DNA of 64,000 nt from Nitrospirota bacterium (GCA_963754875.1 CAVWHO010000021.1:190284-254283); one strand, 5' to 3'; numbered from the stretch's first letter, positions 51,350 through 63,050 are shown. Numbers and translations are program-made. The notes: generated by a model from the letters alone, not told the origin.

Positions 51350-52426
51350 ATTTGATTGTGCTAAATTTGTGCTAATCCTGTCCAAGACCTCCACTCCACT
51401 TCGCAAACTGTCAGGACAATGATGCGCGTAACGCTGCGTCATCTTGATGTCCTTATGCCCGAGCAGTTTTGAAATCATGTAAAGGTCTATTCCCGACTGT
51501 GCCAATCGCGTGGCGAACGTGTGGCGAAGATCGTGAAACTTGAAGTCTTCGATCTTGGCGCGGTCCATTGCGTTGTAAAACGCTCTTGTTAGATTTCTTC
51601 TCAGAACCTTTGTCCCCGCTTCGCTTGCAAAAACATATTTGACATCTGCCTTCTTTGCTCTTGCCTTCGCTTTGAGGAGTTCAAAGACTTTCTGATTCAT
51701 GGGGATCGTCCGCTTTTCGCCGTTCTTAGACTTCACCACGAGCACAGTTTTTCTGAACAGGTCTGCGTTCGGCCATTCAAGAGATAATATTTCGTCCTGG
51801 CGCATCCCTGTATTGAGGGCAAAGATAACGATCTCCTGAAGCCAATACCTCGATTCGATCGTATTATCCTTGCCCGTCGGATGGAGGATACAGCACTCCA
51901 ACAACGCGCTTTCTTCTTCAAGGGTAAGCCACCTGTCCCGCTCGTTCTTAACCTTATCCCGCGAGACCCTTTCTGCAGGATTTTCACGGCACCACTGCCA
52001 CTCTCGGATAGCAAGATTGAAAGCATGACGTAAGATCGTCCGTCTGTGGTTTATCGTTGCCGGAGCAAGCCCCTTTTCTCTGCACTTGGCTTTATAGCTT
52101 GAGATGAGATTCGGCGTCACGTCCTGCAATAGGATGCTGCCGAAAAACTCTTTCATCTCGTTGACCATGGTAGTGTCGTTTTTTAACGTGCCGGCAGACT
52201 TGTTCGGAGTGGAATGCTCTCGCAAATACTTGTCCAGCAAATCTGCCAGGGTCTTATCGGCGTGCGGGGGCTTTTCAAACCACTTTCCTTCCGCTATCTG
52301 AGTCATGACCTTGTGATAAATCTTTTCTGCCAGTTTTTTGTCCGTTGTCTCTGTCGGTCTCCTGATCTGCTTTCCCTTGAAGGTAAATCTCATCCACCAG
52401 ACCTGGCCTCGCTTAAACAGTCCCAT
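51329..52426 (-). CDS. Tyrosine integrase
   Basis: TGMRQDE, SKNG, FHDLRHT, LGH...TQRY. Confidence 0.95.
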   Translation of the reverse strand: MGLFKRGQVWWMRFTFKGKQIRRPTETTDKKLAEKIYHKVMTQIAEGKWFEKPPHADKTLADLLDKYLREHSTPNKSAGTLKNDTTMVNEMKEFFGSILLQDVTPNLISSYKAKCREKGLAPATINHRRTILRHAFNLAIREWQWCRENPAERVSRDKVKNERDRWLTLEEESALLECCILHPTGKDNTIESRYWLQEIVIFALNTGMRQDEILSLEWPNADLFRKTVLVVKSKNGEKRTIPMNQKVFELLKAKARAKKADVKYVFASEAGTKVLRRNLTRAFYNAMDRAKIEDFKFHDLRHTFATRLAQSGIDLYMISKLLGHKDIKMTQRYAHHCPDSLRSGVEVLDRISTNLAQSNEKGLAL

Positions 52427-52743
52427 TATTCCTCCTTCCTGAGACCTTGCATTTGGCCTGGTTTCCCGTTGGACAGATTATACTCTTTGCCCCTTACCTC
52501 ATCAACTGCATTTTTGATAATTTTATCTATGTCGCGATTATCGGATCTCTTAAGGGAAACACTGGGGAGGAATTGAGCCGATTGACGAGACGTTTTGACC
52601 CAGTTCTCGATTTCGTCCATATCAAATCGGATAAGTCCATTGAGCTTGTGAAACGGGATGGAATTCATGCGTACCCATGAATAGACCGTGGATTGTTTGA
52701 CCATTAAAAACTCCGATACTACTTTAATAGGCACTATCCGCAT
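52426..52743 (-). CDS. Excisionase-like HTH protein
   Basis: VKQSTVYSWV...IPFHKLNGLIRF...IENW; coupled to the integrase gene. Confidence 0.8.
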   Translation of the reverse strand: MRIVPIKVVSEFLMVKQSTVYSWVRMNSIPFHKLNGLIRFDMDEIENWVKTSRQSAQFLPSVSLKRSDNRDIDKIIKNAVDEVRGKEYNLSNGKPGQMQGLRKEE

Positions 52744-52745
52744 AT

Positions 52746-53237
52746 TTATCTTCTCAGAGCTTTTTTCGTTTTTGGATTACTTGCCGATTCAACTCGCTGT
52801 AAATCTTCCAGGAATACTCTACACTCTTTCTCTTCGTTCTTCGCATGGTAACAACCTACGGCTTTCCACGTATAGCTGTTGTTTTTGATGCATCTTGCAA
52901 GTATCCAGGCTCCGGTCATTGTGCACTGGCAGGGATCTCCTAGCGATGCCCATACCTCTTCTCCGATCTCGGATGCCCATGATGAGTTGATCTGCATGTG
53001 GCAGTAGTCGTAAGAGCCGTTGCGGTTAAAGTTTATTGCGGAAGGATTGAATCCTGACTCTTCTCTCGATATGGCCCACAACAGCAACGGGGAAATACCG
53101 TATTGTTTCCCGGCTTCTTCGAAGCAGTAGTCTTGCGATAGAGCGAGACGAGGCGTCAACAGCGATAACACACAAAAAACAATAATCGTTAATTTGAAAT
53201 TCAACATCAGCAACAGCCTTGCACCAGCATATCCCAC
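52746..53237 (-). CDS. Lytic transglycosylase (SLT)
   Basis: CFEEAG, AISREES, MQINS, AVGCYH. Confidence 0.88.
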   Translation of the reverse strand: MGYAGARLLLMLNFKLTIIVFCVLSLLTPRLALSQDYCFEEAGKQYGISPLLLWAISREESGFNPSAINFNRNGSYDYCHMQINSSWASEIGEEVWASLGDPCQCTMTGAWILARCIKNNSYTWKAVGCYHAKNEEKECRVFLEDLQRVESASNPKTKKALRR

Positions 53238-53238
53238 A

Positions 53239-53990
53239 TTATTGATTCAGCCAGTCCCGCGGGTTCATTCCGGCATTTTCTTCTGGCATCGAAATTGACC
53301 GATCTTTGTCTGAGGCAGACAGATCAGAGAGAGAATCTTGCGGCTCTTGTTTCGGGCTTTCTGTCATTAACTCTCTTCCGCAGTGCTTGCAGACTTTTGC
53401 TTTTTCTTAACAATCTCTGCGCAAAATGGACACTCCACTTCATCGTCACGCCGAGACACCGGCTCGTAGTGGCAGCGGTCTTTAGCGTTTTCTCCATCCT
53501 TCAATTTGCCCTGCATGACGACTACGGTGTCATGCAGTAACTTGGGATGGGACACGAACTGATTAATAGTGGCCCCTTGCTCGGCCGCTGTCTGTATCTC
53601 CACGTCTCCGAAGTCGAACATTCGACCGGCAAACGTCTGCCTGTATTGAATATTATTGATTTTATCGAGTGGGGATTCTTTGACTCGATGCGTTATGATG
53701 CCGGATTCATCAATTACTCGCAGGTTCGTGACTACCCAAATGTCAACGCGCCTTTCCGCGATCGCATACCACAGGTAAAAACCGGCAAAAACCACAGCGC
53801 CGAGTAGAAAAGTAAGAAAATTCTTCGCCAGTTGGCTATTTGAAATAAGGGCAGAAACAGTGAGAACGATCGTACCGGCAAAAATGAGCCAGTATTTTAT
53901 CAGAACAACCCTATGTTTCTGAACCTGCAGAACGACATCTTCGTTATCTCGCGGCGTGGTTCGCATTGGTTCACCTTTCTTTCTTGACAA
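53239..53990 (-). CDS. Membrane protein with bacterial PH domain and zinc ribbon (frameshift near 53400)
   Basis: VTNLRVI..SG, GRMFDFGDVEI, CPFCAE..CKHCG in a shifted frame. Confidence 0.7.
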
Positions 53991-54032
53991 AAGTCTCAGA
54001 GGATTTTATAATTTGTGTTTAAAGAGGCAGAA

Positions 54033-54240
54033 ATGAGTGACAGTATTTTATATACCGTAATAACGGCTGGCTTTTTCGTATTGTTCTATTTGTTTATCAT
54101 TCTTCCCATGAAGCTTCGTTCTAAACGAAAAGGCATGGGGAACGAAAAAGCAGATTTTCCCAAAAAAAGAGGACTGGATTAATGATCCAGCAGATCCTCT
54201 TTACCGATCTATTCATGCTCAGTCTTCAAAAGAATGGTAA
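54033..54240 (+). CDS. Small single-TM protein convergent with traG
   Basis: GAGG RBS; MSDSILYTVITAGFFVLFYLFIILPMKLRSKRK; stops at 54182 or, with a shift in the A-run, at 54240. Confidence 0.5.
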
Positions 54241-54292
54241 GCAGAAAATAAAGTCCGCATGAAATAGAGCAGATGAACAAAATTCATCTGCT

Positions 54293-57253
54293 CTATTTAT
54301 TTTCACGCAATTTATTCACCATACTCTTCATCGCGTCTTTTACAGCTGCTCCAGGGGCACTTGCCCCAAAGTTAGCAGGATCGTTCGTAGCCAATTTACT
54401 GGCTAATTCTTCGACGTGTTCATGGAGCTTGTCCATGACGAACTGGCTATGAGCATCGCCGGTAATTCCTTTGGAGCTTGCCTCCTTGTCAGCCGTTTCT
54501 ATTCTGTTTACTATCTCACGATTCATCAGATTCGTATTAAACGCATCCTCTCGCATACCTCCGACCCTGGCCGACCCATCTACTGAGGCTCCACCAAACA
54601 TTGTCTTTGCGCCAGCTGAAATGTTCAAACTTGCATCAGCCCTGGAGTAATCCGAGGAAATGCCTGTTCTGCTCATATATTCCTTAATATCGTTGCCAAC
54701 GGACTGCGCCATTGAGGTAATTGCGGCCCGACGTTGTCCTTCATTTTTCGCATTCGTTAGACCCTCGGCCATGGCTTTATCCTTGTTCATTACCATCTGA
54801 AGCCCGTGACCGATGCTTTGTCCATGGTCCACGGTTCTGGTTATCTCGTCATGGCTTCTATCGATGGACCCGCTTTCGCCTTTATGCATCACAGTCTTTC
54901 CCGACCTATCGATGTAATCGGTTTCCATTCCGTTTGCCGTGGCGTGTTCCTTGATCTTGTAGGTCCGATCTTCGGTCACATCGTTATGCTTCTGCACAAA
55001 CTCAGAGCCGCCTGTTCCGCCTGCGAAGATTGTTTTCCCTCTTGAATCAGTCGTAACGTGACCCTCGTGGCCATCACTCCATTTGGTTCCGTTTAGATCA
55101 TGGATTGTGCCTCTGATCGTCGAACTTCCTCCGGGAGCGCCGGACACCGTCTGATCAGCGCCAGCCCTGGCCATAAACCGTTCCTTACCCTGCGTGAATT
55201 CCAAGTTCTCCTGAAGCTTGCCGTGACCCGTGATGTTGGCAATGTCCCCTTTCGTGTCATACCCGAAATCAACCTGCATTCCCGCCCGGAATTGATTCTT
55301 CTTATCCGTAATATTGAACGATTTGTTTAACTGATCCGCCTGCTTTTGATCCAGCACTTTGCCTCCGGTCTTGAACTCCTCCCATTCTTGCTGGCTCAGT
55401 CCAAAGGCCGCGGCCCCTCCTTGGGACATGGTTGTATTGGCGGTCCTCTGGGACGCACTTGTCGTGGATAGTTGATCGGAAGCGTTTTTTTGCCCGCCAA
55501 ATGAAGACGCCGTCTTTTCTGTGGTAAAGGTATTTGTCGCGCCTTCAAACCCGCTGGCGACGCCGCTTCTCATTCCACCGGCTATCGAATCCCTGCCCAT
55601 CATGGAGCTTTCGGACAGGGCGGCCTGGCTACGCTTAGCGGCCGCAAATTGCTTCGCCATCGTGAGCCGGTCCTGGCCGAATGCTGCTGTCTGCCCCCAG
55701 CTTACGCGAGAGCCCTGATAACCTTCCATCGCCTGCGCAGAGCCCGTGGGCGTCATGGCGGCAGTGCCGGCAGCACCTGCCTGTCCCTGCACAGGGCTTG
55801 CAAAATGTGATGCGAATGACGACATGGCGTAATGACCGGCAGGGATCAAGGTCGTAGACACGATGGAAGCCAGAACCATTCCCGGCCATTCTAAGCATCC
55901 CGAATAGACCGAGAGTCTTAGTCGCGGCTGACGGCATGAGCATGATAGCAGCGTATCCGGTCCCGTTACCCCGGATCTGATCGAAATAGGTGTAGGCGTA
56001 ATTCGTCGCGAGCGTGTGGGTAAGGGCGTCGGCAACGCCCCATGCCGTGAGCCATACGAAGAATCCCGTCAAAAGAGCGATTGATTTGGTCCCGATAGGC
56101 GTCGTAATAAAAAGAAATAGGAATGGCATCAGGCCCACAGTTACGCAGGTGACGACAGCTCTGATAATCGGGAGATATTCATTCGCGATGATCCACATGG
56201 CCGAGGTATTCGAAATCACCCCGACGTTGGCCTGCGCCGCTATCGCCTGGTTGGTGCTCCCGTTCTGGATCACGTCGTGAAGCTTCTGCGCCATGGCGGT
56301 CTGCTGAAAATATTTATCCGGATTCACGGTAGAACCGGTCGTCCATTGCAGCGTGGCCCCGAGGATCTGGCGGCAGCGGTTTGACTCATCCACATCGGAC
56401 ATATTGAATCCCGCGCTGGAGCACCGAGCATTTATAAGGTCAGGAAGCGAATTGATGCTGTTGTCGTTCAGGACGGTCGTAATGGTTGCATAGGCCGTAT
56501 CGCAGCCCATGACCGTCCCGTTTTGGTTTGAAGAATCATAATAAGTCGTATTGATCGCCGGAGAGGTGGCAAGTTGGAACAAAGTCCAGAGGTCTTTCCC
56601 CGTGCCAGTGTTGTTCATGATGTCGCTTATAAGGAGCGTAGACCCGGGTCGGTTGATCTCGAACATGACGCAGTCTTCTATGTATTTCGTGGTCGAGGCA
56701 TCGAGGTACTTATTCAGCAGATAGACGTTTGTGGATGCTTTATTGACAAGATCGAACCCTATCCCGCCTGCCCCGTCCGTATAGGACAGGGGGCTGCCGG
56801 ATGTATTGATGATATCCACAAGACCCCGTTCAAGGGTGTTGAACAGCTTGACCGAAAGCGTGATTCCGTTCGGGATGCCCGCGACCGGCTGGTACTTGTT
56901 CATAACCGGATCATATATATGGAGGGTCCCTTTCGGCACAAAAAGTGCCAAGTAGATGGTTATACCGAGGAGAAGCGGTCCGAGCCACGACAGCGTCGGC
57001 TCCCCCTGCCTTTCCGCCTGCGCTCTTTCAAATGATGGGACAGAACGCCGAACATGATCCCGGCGACGGTTATCGGGAAGAAAAGCAGCGTATAATTGAC
57101 GTTGCTGAAGATCGCCGCGGCGAGCTGCCAGGCCGAAAGGACGGCATCGAAACCGTTATAGGTGTAGTATTCGGCGTCAAAGGCAACAGCGTTCGTCGAG
57201 AACAGAACCCCTAACGCAATCGAAAGAGCCGCTAATATAGTACGTCTTTTCAT
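54293..57253 (-). CDS. traG: TraG mating-pair stabilisation protein (frameshifted)
   Basis: YYTYNGF..V..AW..AAIF N-terminus, TM block, low-complexity C-terminus; follows traH. Confidence 0.8.
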
Positions 57254-57264
57254 CCAATCTCCAA

Positions 57265-58732
57265 CTACCTTGAGAATGCTCCGGTCACGCCGAACCTTTT
57301 TGCGATATCCGCTTCCATTTTGCTCTTCTGGTCTTCAAACGCCCGAATGTTCGTTAGCATGGCAGTCATATGGCTAAGCTCGGCGTTGTAGCCGTCATTT
57401 AATTCCTTCCGGAGGACCGCGACCCGCTCCATGAGCTTGTTGGCCTGTGACAGAACGCCCTCGAACATCTTGGCGCTGCATGCGTTGGAATCCCCTGCCG
57501 TCGAATCGGTAGCGTCTACGGTGGGGACAGCCTTTTTCTTGGCAACCTCTTTGGCCTTGGCGAGCATGGCCTCGGTCTTGGTATAAAGATCGTTCAAAAT
57601 AAGCCTGGTCATGTCTTTGGCAAGGAGCGGCGTTATCTGAGCGATGATCACGTCCTTGTTTCCGGACTGGACACCGAATTTGATGTAGCTGTAGGCGTCT
57701 CCGCTGATATAATTCAGAAAAGCCGTTTCCTGGGGCGAGAGCGGGCTCTGCGTCTCCATCTTGCCCGCGATTGAAGTAACCATGTTCGTGACGTAGGATT
57801 TGATGTTTGCATTCGGTCCGCTGTCCTGAACGCATTTGCTCGGTATCGTTATAATCGCGAAGATAGGCCGCGTCGTCGAAGACGCTGTTGACGTTGTAGG
57901 TCTTGTTCTCCTCGCAGGGTGGTATGGCAAACGTCGTATAGCCTGAGTTCGGGTCCCTGTTGATTCCCACGTCCCCTACTATCCCCGCAATAAGCTGGGT
58001 AGTGGCCGTTGGAAGCCCGATCCTGTCCCCGATGTTGGTGAGAAGCGAGGTTTTCCCGTAAGTGTTGGCCCTCGTCGTAAAGATGACGTTGAATTCGGCA
58101 TCGCATCCCGACGTGGCTCCGGTAATTGTCGCAGGGCTCGGCTTTCCGTCGTTGGCTACGGTCTTGTCGTTCGATTCCGTGTAGAAAGAGGATATGCCGG
58201 ACGACTGCTCGTAATCAGCGACTATTCCGTCGAGCTCGGGCTCTTCGTAATCCGAGGCCTCGGACATGGTCTTAGCAACGATTGCTTGAGTCGCCTTGCA
58301 GCTGTCGAGCTGAAGGCTATTCAGCCTGGACATCATGGACTGAAACTCCTTTATGCTCTTCGCGCATTGAGTACAAAGGACGTTCAGGGCCAGATCCAGC
58401 GCCACGCTCGGAGCGTTCTGAAGAATGGCTTGCAGTTGTTTCACGAGATAGTTGGCATTGAGGAAGCTGACCCCACCCGCAAAAACGTCTATCCCCCCGC
58501 AGCCTGATTTCAGTTTCGGCGGGGTCACGGATACCAGATAATCGCTGCTGTTCCTCCAACGTGCGGAGTACCCTCCTGCCGAGAGGTAACCCCTCGACTG
58601 ACCTTTGTAGTAACTCGGCTGATCCACGACGGCGTTCGCTGTCCAGTCGTCAACCCAGCCGGCAAACACAGTGTTCGGCAGCAAGAGGGCCATGATCAAG
58701 GAGATGGAAACGATGCTATTCGTCTTTTTCAC
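57265..58732 (-). CDS. traH: TraH pilus assembly protein (frameshifted)
   Basis: GQSRGYLSAGG, PPKLKSGCGGIDVFAGGVSF. Confidence 0.88.
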
Positions 58733-58753
58733 AAACGATGACCTCCCGGCCTT

Positions 58754-59671
58754 TTAATTCTTGTTGTACACTGACGGATCAAAACCACCGCCCCGCTGGA
58801 ATTCGTACATGTTGAATTCTTCTGGCGTGATTTCCCCGCCGAGAAGACGTATCCCCCGGTAGAGCCTTTGCTCGATTTCATCGAGAGTCGTGACTCCGAC
58901 GGCAACGGGCAACGACTGGTCGCTGTGCCGGTAAATCAAAAGAAGAAAAGGAACAGTGCTCACGTTGAACCGGGAGGCGAGCTCAGGAGAGCTATCGATA
59001 TCGACTTTCTTGATCTGCCATCCGTATTTATCCACGAAGAACTTGAGAATGCCGTTCTGTGCCCTGCAGAAATCGCATCCGGCTTTATAAAAGTAGATCA
59101 TCGCGAAGTCATCGGATGATGAAGCTATCTTTGCCTCAACTTCCCTGTCCTGCATCTTGAGCCTTGCCGTCTTTCCCGGTGTGTTAGAAGGAAAATCAAG
59201 TGCAAGGGTGCTCAACTCCGGGTGCTTCTGCCAGACGAGCGCTGCCACATTCGCAAAAGCGTTCGCCCTCGAACGAGCAATATCCTGGATCTTGTAATAG
59301 TCGGCTACGTTTTCTTCCGTGGGAAATTGCACGGCCTTATCGAAAAAAGCATCGAGGAGCGGCTGAAAGTCCTTTGGATGCATGTTCCATAGCTGCTCGA
59401 TTGTGTAGTCCTTCATGCTCGGCATGAAATGCTTCGTATTTTTCCTTTCTTCCTCTTTCTTCTTATCCGGTTCCTGTTCGTACCACCAGAATCCGTTATG
59501 TTTGACGTCCTGATAGTACGGGACGAAGACCCGCTGGTCCTGTTGATCAGCATGGCCATCGGAATTCAAATTCTTCGACAATACGTGATTTCTCGTGTTT
59601 CCCGGTTCGTCAGCCTGACTCGCCGTTGAAAGGATGATAGTTATGAGCAAAGAGAAAAGAACTTTCTTCAT
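58754..59671 (-). CDS. traF: TraF thioredoxin-like protein
   Basis: GFWWY, AVQFPTEENV, YFY..GCDFC. Confidence 0.85.
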   Translation of the reverse strand: MKKVLFSLLITIILSTASQADEPGNTRNHVLSKNLNSDGHADQQDQRVFVPYYQDVKHNGFWWYEQEPDKKKEEERKNTKHFMPSMKDYTIEQLWNMHPKDFQPLLDAFFDKAVQFPTEENVADYYKIQDIARSRANAFANVAALVWQKHPELSTLALDFPSNTPGKTARLKMQDREVEAKIASSSDDFAMIYFYKAGCDFCRAQNGILKFFVDKYGWQIKKVDIDSSPELASRFNVSTVPFLLLIYRHSDQSLPVAVGVTTLDEIEQRLYRGIRLLGGEITPEEFNMYEFQRGGGFDPSVYNKN

Positions 59672-59679
59672 ATCGTGCC

Positions 59680-60180
59680 TCAGAACAAAGGATATGCTTT
59701 CGCAACAACCGTTCTCACATCGACCAGTCCGAAATACCGGGAGTCGAAACTGTCTTTATGCTCTCCGATCACGAACAGGCTTCCCGCCGGGATTGACCCG
59801 TTGAACACGTAATGATTCAGCGGCCTGCCTGCGAGGGTAACGTCCTTTGCATGTCCGAGAAGAACACCATCGCAGTAGTATTCCTTCCCCTCCACCTTTA
59901 AAACCGACCCGCCCGTGCAGCCGACGATCTTCATTATCTTGACCGTGTCCTTCTTATCGGCAAACTGTCTGATCAATTTCTGACCGATGTTAAACAGGAC
60001 GTAATTACCTTTCGCGATGCTCTCCGGATCAGGGTTAAAGATCAGAAAGAACACCCGGTGGTTGAGCGATGGAGTGAGCGTCACCGAAATGTGGGTCGGC
60101 AGCAACCCCACGATGATCAGTAGGACGATCAACAAAATCAGCTCAGTCTTCGATATGGATCTTTTCCGCGCTTTTGACAA
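59680..60180 (-). CDS. S26 conjugative signal peptidase (TrhF-like)
   Basis: TPSL, MKIVG, SFDSRYFG. Confidence 0.85.
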   Translation of the reverse strand: MSKARKRSISKTELILLIVLLIIVGLLPTHISVTLTPSLNHRVFFLIFNPDPESIAKGNYVLFNIGQKLIRQFADKKDTVKIMKIVGCTGGSVLKVEGKEYYCDGVLLGHAKDVTLAGRPLNHYVFNGSIPAGSLFVIGEHKDSFDSRYFGLVDVRTVVAKAYPLF

Positions 60181-60457
60181 CGGCGTCTCCTAATAGCACG
60201 ACAGCTCGTTTATCTGCTTTTTGCAAGGCCTTCTCGACGTGGTCCACGCTCGCAGTAAACTCTTTCTCGCTTATTTTCCCTGACAGGAACATGTTCTTTC
60301 TGTCCATCATGTAGCCCCTGATGTCGATGACCGCGACTTTTTGGGCAAAAAACCGGTCGTAGATAGAGACGGACAACGCAGATACAGCGGCGTTCACGAC
60401 GAAAAGCAAAACCAGCGTGCCTGCTTTCAGTCTCATGTATTGTTCCTCGCGATTCAT
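60143..60457 (-). CDS. Small tra-region membrane protein (TrbI-like)
   Basis: N-terminal TM then VAVID; position in tra operon. Confidence 0.5.
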   Translation of the reverse strand: MNREEQYMRLKAGTLVLLFVVNAAVSALSVSIYDRFFAQKVAVIDIRGYMMDRKNMFLSGKISEKEFTASVDHVEKALQKADKRAVVLLGDAVVKSAEKIHIED

Positions 60458-61305
60458 TGGTAGAACCCCTTTCTCAATGACTCCGCCAGGCCTTCCAGCG
60501 ATCTCTTATGAACCTCTCTGTTGATCGTATCAAGGTGATAGTCCAACGATGCATCACCCGCGACCTTGTAATATTGCCCCACGGAAGCATTTCTTTCGAT
60601 GCCCTCGCTTCCGCCCGGCGTCACGAGCTGAACGTTCGAGGCATAAACGATTGAGGGAACTTCTTCTATCTTGTATCTCCTGAACAGTAGAGGATCTATT
60701 TCGAGATTCGCCCTGGACATCGGACAATTTTGACCGTCACATGACGGGTCCTTCAGCAATACGCGGGAAACGAAGTTCATCGTTGAGTTGATATCATCCA
60801 TGCCGTTCAGGAATCCTCTCATCACCATGGCAATATTCGGGTCTTGCGCTTTGTCGATTGCGGCGGCGTAGGTTCTTATGGTCTCAAGCGGCATTGACGA
60901 CGACACGAACACGTAGATCCGCTCGTTCTTCGATAAGTGCGAGTCGATGCGATTCATCGGTGCTTTGCCGCTTTTCCTGTCTACGTAGTATTCTTCGATA
61001 GGCTTATTGAAGATTTCCTTCTTGAGCCTTTCAGTCTCCTCTTGGACGCGCTTCTGAAATTCCGAAGAATTGTAAATGGCCGTAAAATCCGCGGCCTTCT
61101 CTTTTGCCCATTTATCGTTCTTGTTTTCGGGAACGACAAACTTTTCGCTCTGCTTTTCTGCCCGGACGCCGAGCTCTCTGGTTACGTCGGGCGATATCCC
61201 GGTCATATCGCCTTCGGCCGTTCCATCGAAGGCGGAAGAGACACCGCACACGGTTAGAAAAGTCACGAAAAACGCGATTACCTTGATCATCTGTTTGCAG
61301 ATCAT
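60454..61305 (-). CDS. trbC: TrbC (F-type) pilus assembly protein
   Basis: VFVSSSMP, VMRG, IDPLLFRRYKIEEVP, GDASL. Confidence 0.85.
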   Translation of the reverse strand: MICKQMIKVIAFFVTFLTVCGVSSAFDGTAEGDMTGISPDVTRELGVRAEKQSEKFVVPENKNDKWAKEKAADFTAIYNSSEFQKRVQEETERLKKEIFNKPIEEYYVDRKSGKAPMNRIDSHLSKNERIYVFVSSSMPLETIRTYAAAIDKAQDPNIAMVMRGFLNGMDDINSTMNFVSRVLLKDPSCDGQNCPMSRANLEIDPLLFRRYKIEEVPSIVYASNVQLVTPGGSEGIERNASVGQYYKVAGDASLDYHLDTINREVHKRSLEGLAESLRKGFYQ

Positions 61306-61315
61306 TTTCCCCGTC

Positions 61316-62362
61316 CTAATAGTACGAAATACAGCAAGCGTGCCTTCTGAACAGGATCCATAAAAAGTTATCCGTCGTGTTCCCGCCAACGGAAAAGGGC
61401 GGGTTTTTGCCTGCATCCCACAGCATCCCGGTCCTCCCAATCGGATACGCGGTCAGGGTGCTTGCGACGGGCTTCGCGATCTGGAGCCGGTAATGGTCCT
61501 TTACCCACAGAGGATAGGTCACGCAGTTGCACCAGTCGAGTGCCGGGTCGCAGATCGCGTAGTCCCTTGCCTCCTTGTATATAAACCGCGACGCCAGGGC
61601 GAAGTTTGCCTCTGTGAAGTTCTCGCCGTTATAGTGCCCGACGATCGGGTAGACCGGCCCCTGCGATCCCATGCACCAGAAAAGCGGGTTAAGCGGAAGT
61701 CCGGCAACGTCGACGGCCGCGGCATCGGCGACGCAGGCATACTGGGCATAGGGATTGGCAAAGAGCAGCTCCTCGGGGAACGTAAGCGCCGTCGTCATTT
61801 CGTCGTTCCAAAGGGCGTCCGGCTCGGTCATGTACGCAAGATCGAAGGAGTTGCCGCTGTCGCCGCTTCCGCATTTCGAAGATATAACGCTGGACACGTA
61901 CGCCATGATCGCGAAGGCATAGTAGTGAACCTGGGCAAAGGTCGTGCCGTGCGACGTATCGCTGCTTTTCTGCGTGGACCCCTGGTGCGACCCCGGATTG
62001 GGGTTAGCCATCTGATATCCCATTGCCGGAAAGCAGTAGGGAGTCTTTACCGTCTCGATCAGTCGGGCGGGTTCCCAGAAGGAAAACGACAGCCCGATTC
62101 TGACCCAGGGATACGCCGTTGTCGGGCACTGGCAGATCGCGTTCTGCTGCAAATTATCCGGAGCGCTATCCGGCAGGCTTCCGTCCAGGATCGTCACCCC
62201 TCCCAGCTTCATGGGGTACATGCAGTCCCAGCAGACCTCGTTCACGACGTCGATGGGCGTATTGCTGCACCCCGAGGACGCGAAAAGATCGCCGCCGCCG
62301 AGAATCACAACCGCGATCAGGCTAATTATCGCGAAGGTTTTTATCCCGGTGATCGACGTCAA
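61316..62362 (-). CDS. traU: TraU
   Basis: VCWDCMYP, FWEP, PYCFP, AYMTEPD, FWCMGSQG. Confidence 0.9.
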   Translation of the reverse strand: MTSITGIKTFAIISLIAVVILGGGDLFASSGCSNTPIDVVNEVCWDCMYPMKLGGVTILDGSLPDSAPDNLQQNAICQCPTTAYPWVRIGLSFSFWEPARLIETVKTPYCFPAMGYQMANPNPGSHQGSTQKSSDTSHGTTFAQVHYYAFAIMAYVSSVISSKCGSGDSGNSFDLAYMTEPDALWNDEMTTALTFPEELLFANPYAQYACVADAAAVDVAGLPLNPLFWCMGSQGPVYPIVGHYNGENFTEANFALASRFIYKEARDYAICDPALDWCNCVTYPLWVKDHYRLQIAKPVASTLTAYPIGRTGMLWDAGKNPPFSVGGNTTDNFLWILFRRHACCISYY

Positions 62363-62912
62363 TCTCGGAAACCTCCATCATTCTCTTATTCTGGACCGCA
62401 ACGGACGGCACAAAACGCAGCTGCAGCCGGGAAACGATCTTCTCGTGAGCAAAATAGACGGGTTGGCCGAGTTCCTCCGACAGGTCGTAGTAGTTACCGT
62501 CCGTGATCAGGATCATGACGTTCGGCTTCTTGAAATAGCGAGAAGCCTTGAACCATTCCACTTGTTCGCGGTCCGAGCCGCTCATGACCACGACCGTTCG
62601 GTCATAGTGCATAAAGTCGAGGGGATTGAACGTATACCCCCAGGGATAAACCACGTTCCCCTTCCCGTCCGTGATGTCGAAGTCCAGCGTGTAGGTCATA
62701 TCCACCATGCGGACCCGGTCTTCCCTGGCACGAGGCAAGGATTTGGTCGTATCCGGCTTGTAGCGCTTCATGCTTTCGATGCTGTTCTTTGCGAGCATTT
62801 TCTGCCAATCGATTGACCTCACCCGCTCCTTTAACTCTTCAGACGCGTCGCGCTCTATAACTGGATAGGTCTTCCCTACTACGCCCAGATCGATTAAATA
62901 GATAGTTCCCAC
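62322..62912 (-). CDS. traW: TraW (no signal peptide; possibly 5'-truncated)
   Basis: DLGVVGKTYPVIERD, G...NPLD, VPSV. Confidence 0.8.
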   Translation of the reverse strand: MGTIYLIDLGVVGKTYPVIERDASEELKERVRSIDWQKMLAKNSIESMKRYKPDTTKSLPRAREDRVRMVDMTYTLDFDITDGKGNVVYPWGYTFNPLDFMHYDRTVVVMSGSDREQVEWFKASRYFKKPNVMILITDGNYYDLSEELGQPVYFAHEKIVSRLQLRFVPSVAVQNKRMMEVSEIDVDHRDKNLRDN

Positions 62913-63050
62913 CCACAGACATCTCGAAATCTATCCTGACTCTGCGTATCCCATCTATTAAGTTTTAAATTTTGCAGCCTTGCGGCAGCGAAACCTATCA
63001 ATAGTTGGTTTGTTTGATTTTTCGTACACACAATGACAAAGGAGTTTGTT

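Noticed and set aside
380..58732. Frameshifts in pilT, greA, carB, pyrC, pyrB, the permease, traG and traH as pseudogenes or programmed frameshifting
   Set aside because: Single-base indels, often in homopolymers, scattered through core genes with otherwise intact motifs; most simply long-read errors. Needs polishing to confirm.
19473..62506. Long opposite-strand ORFs (e.g. 19473-20717, 25512-26423, 37239-38174, 61493-62506)
   Set aside because: Shadows of well-supported genes in GC-rich coding DNA, with no recognisable motifs.
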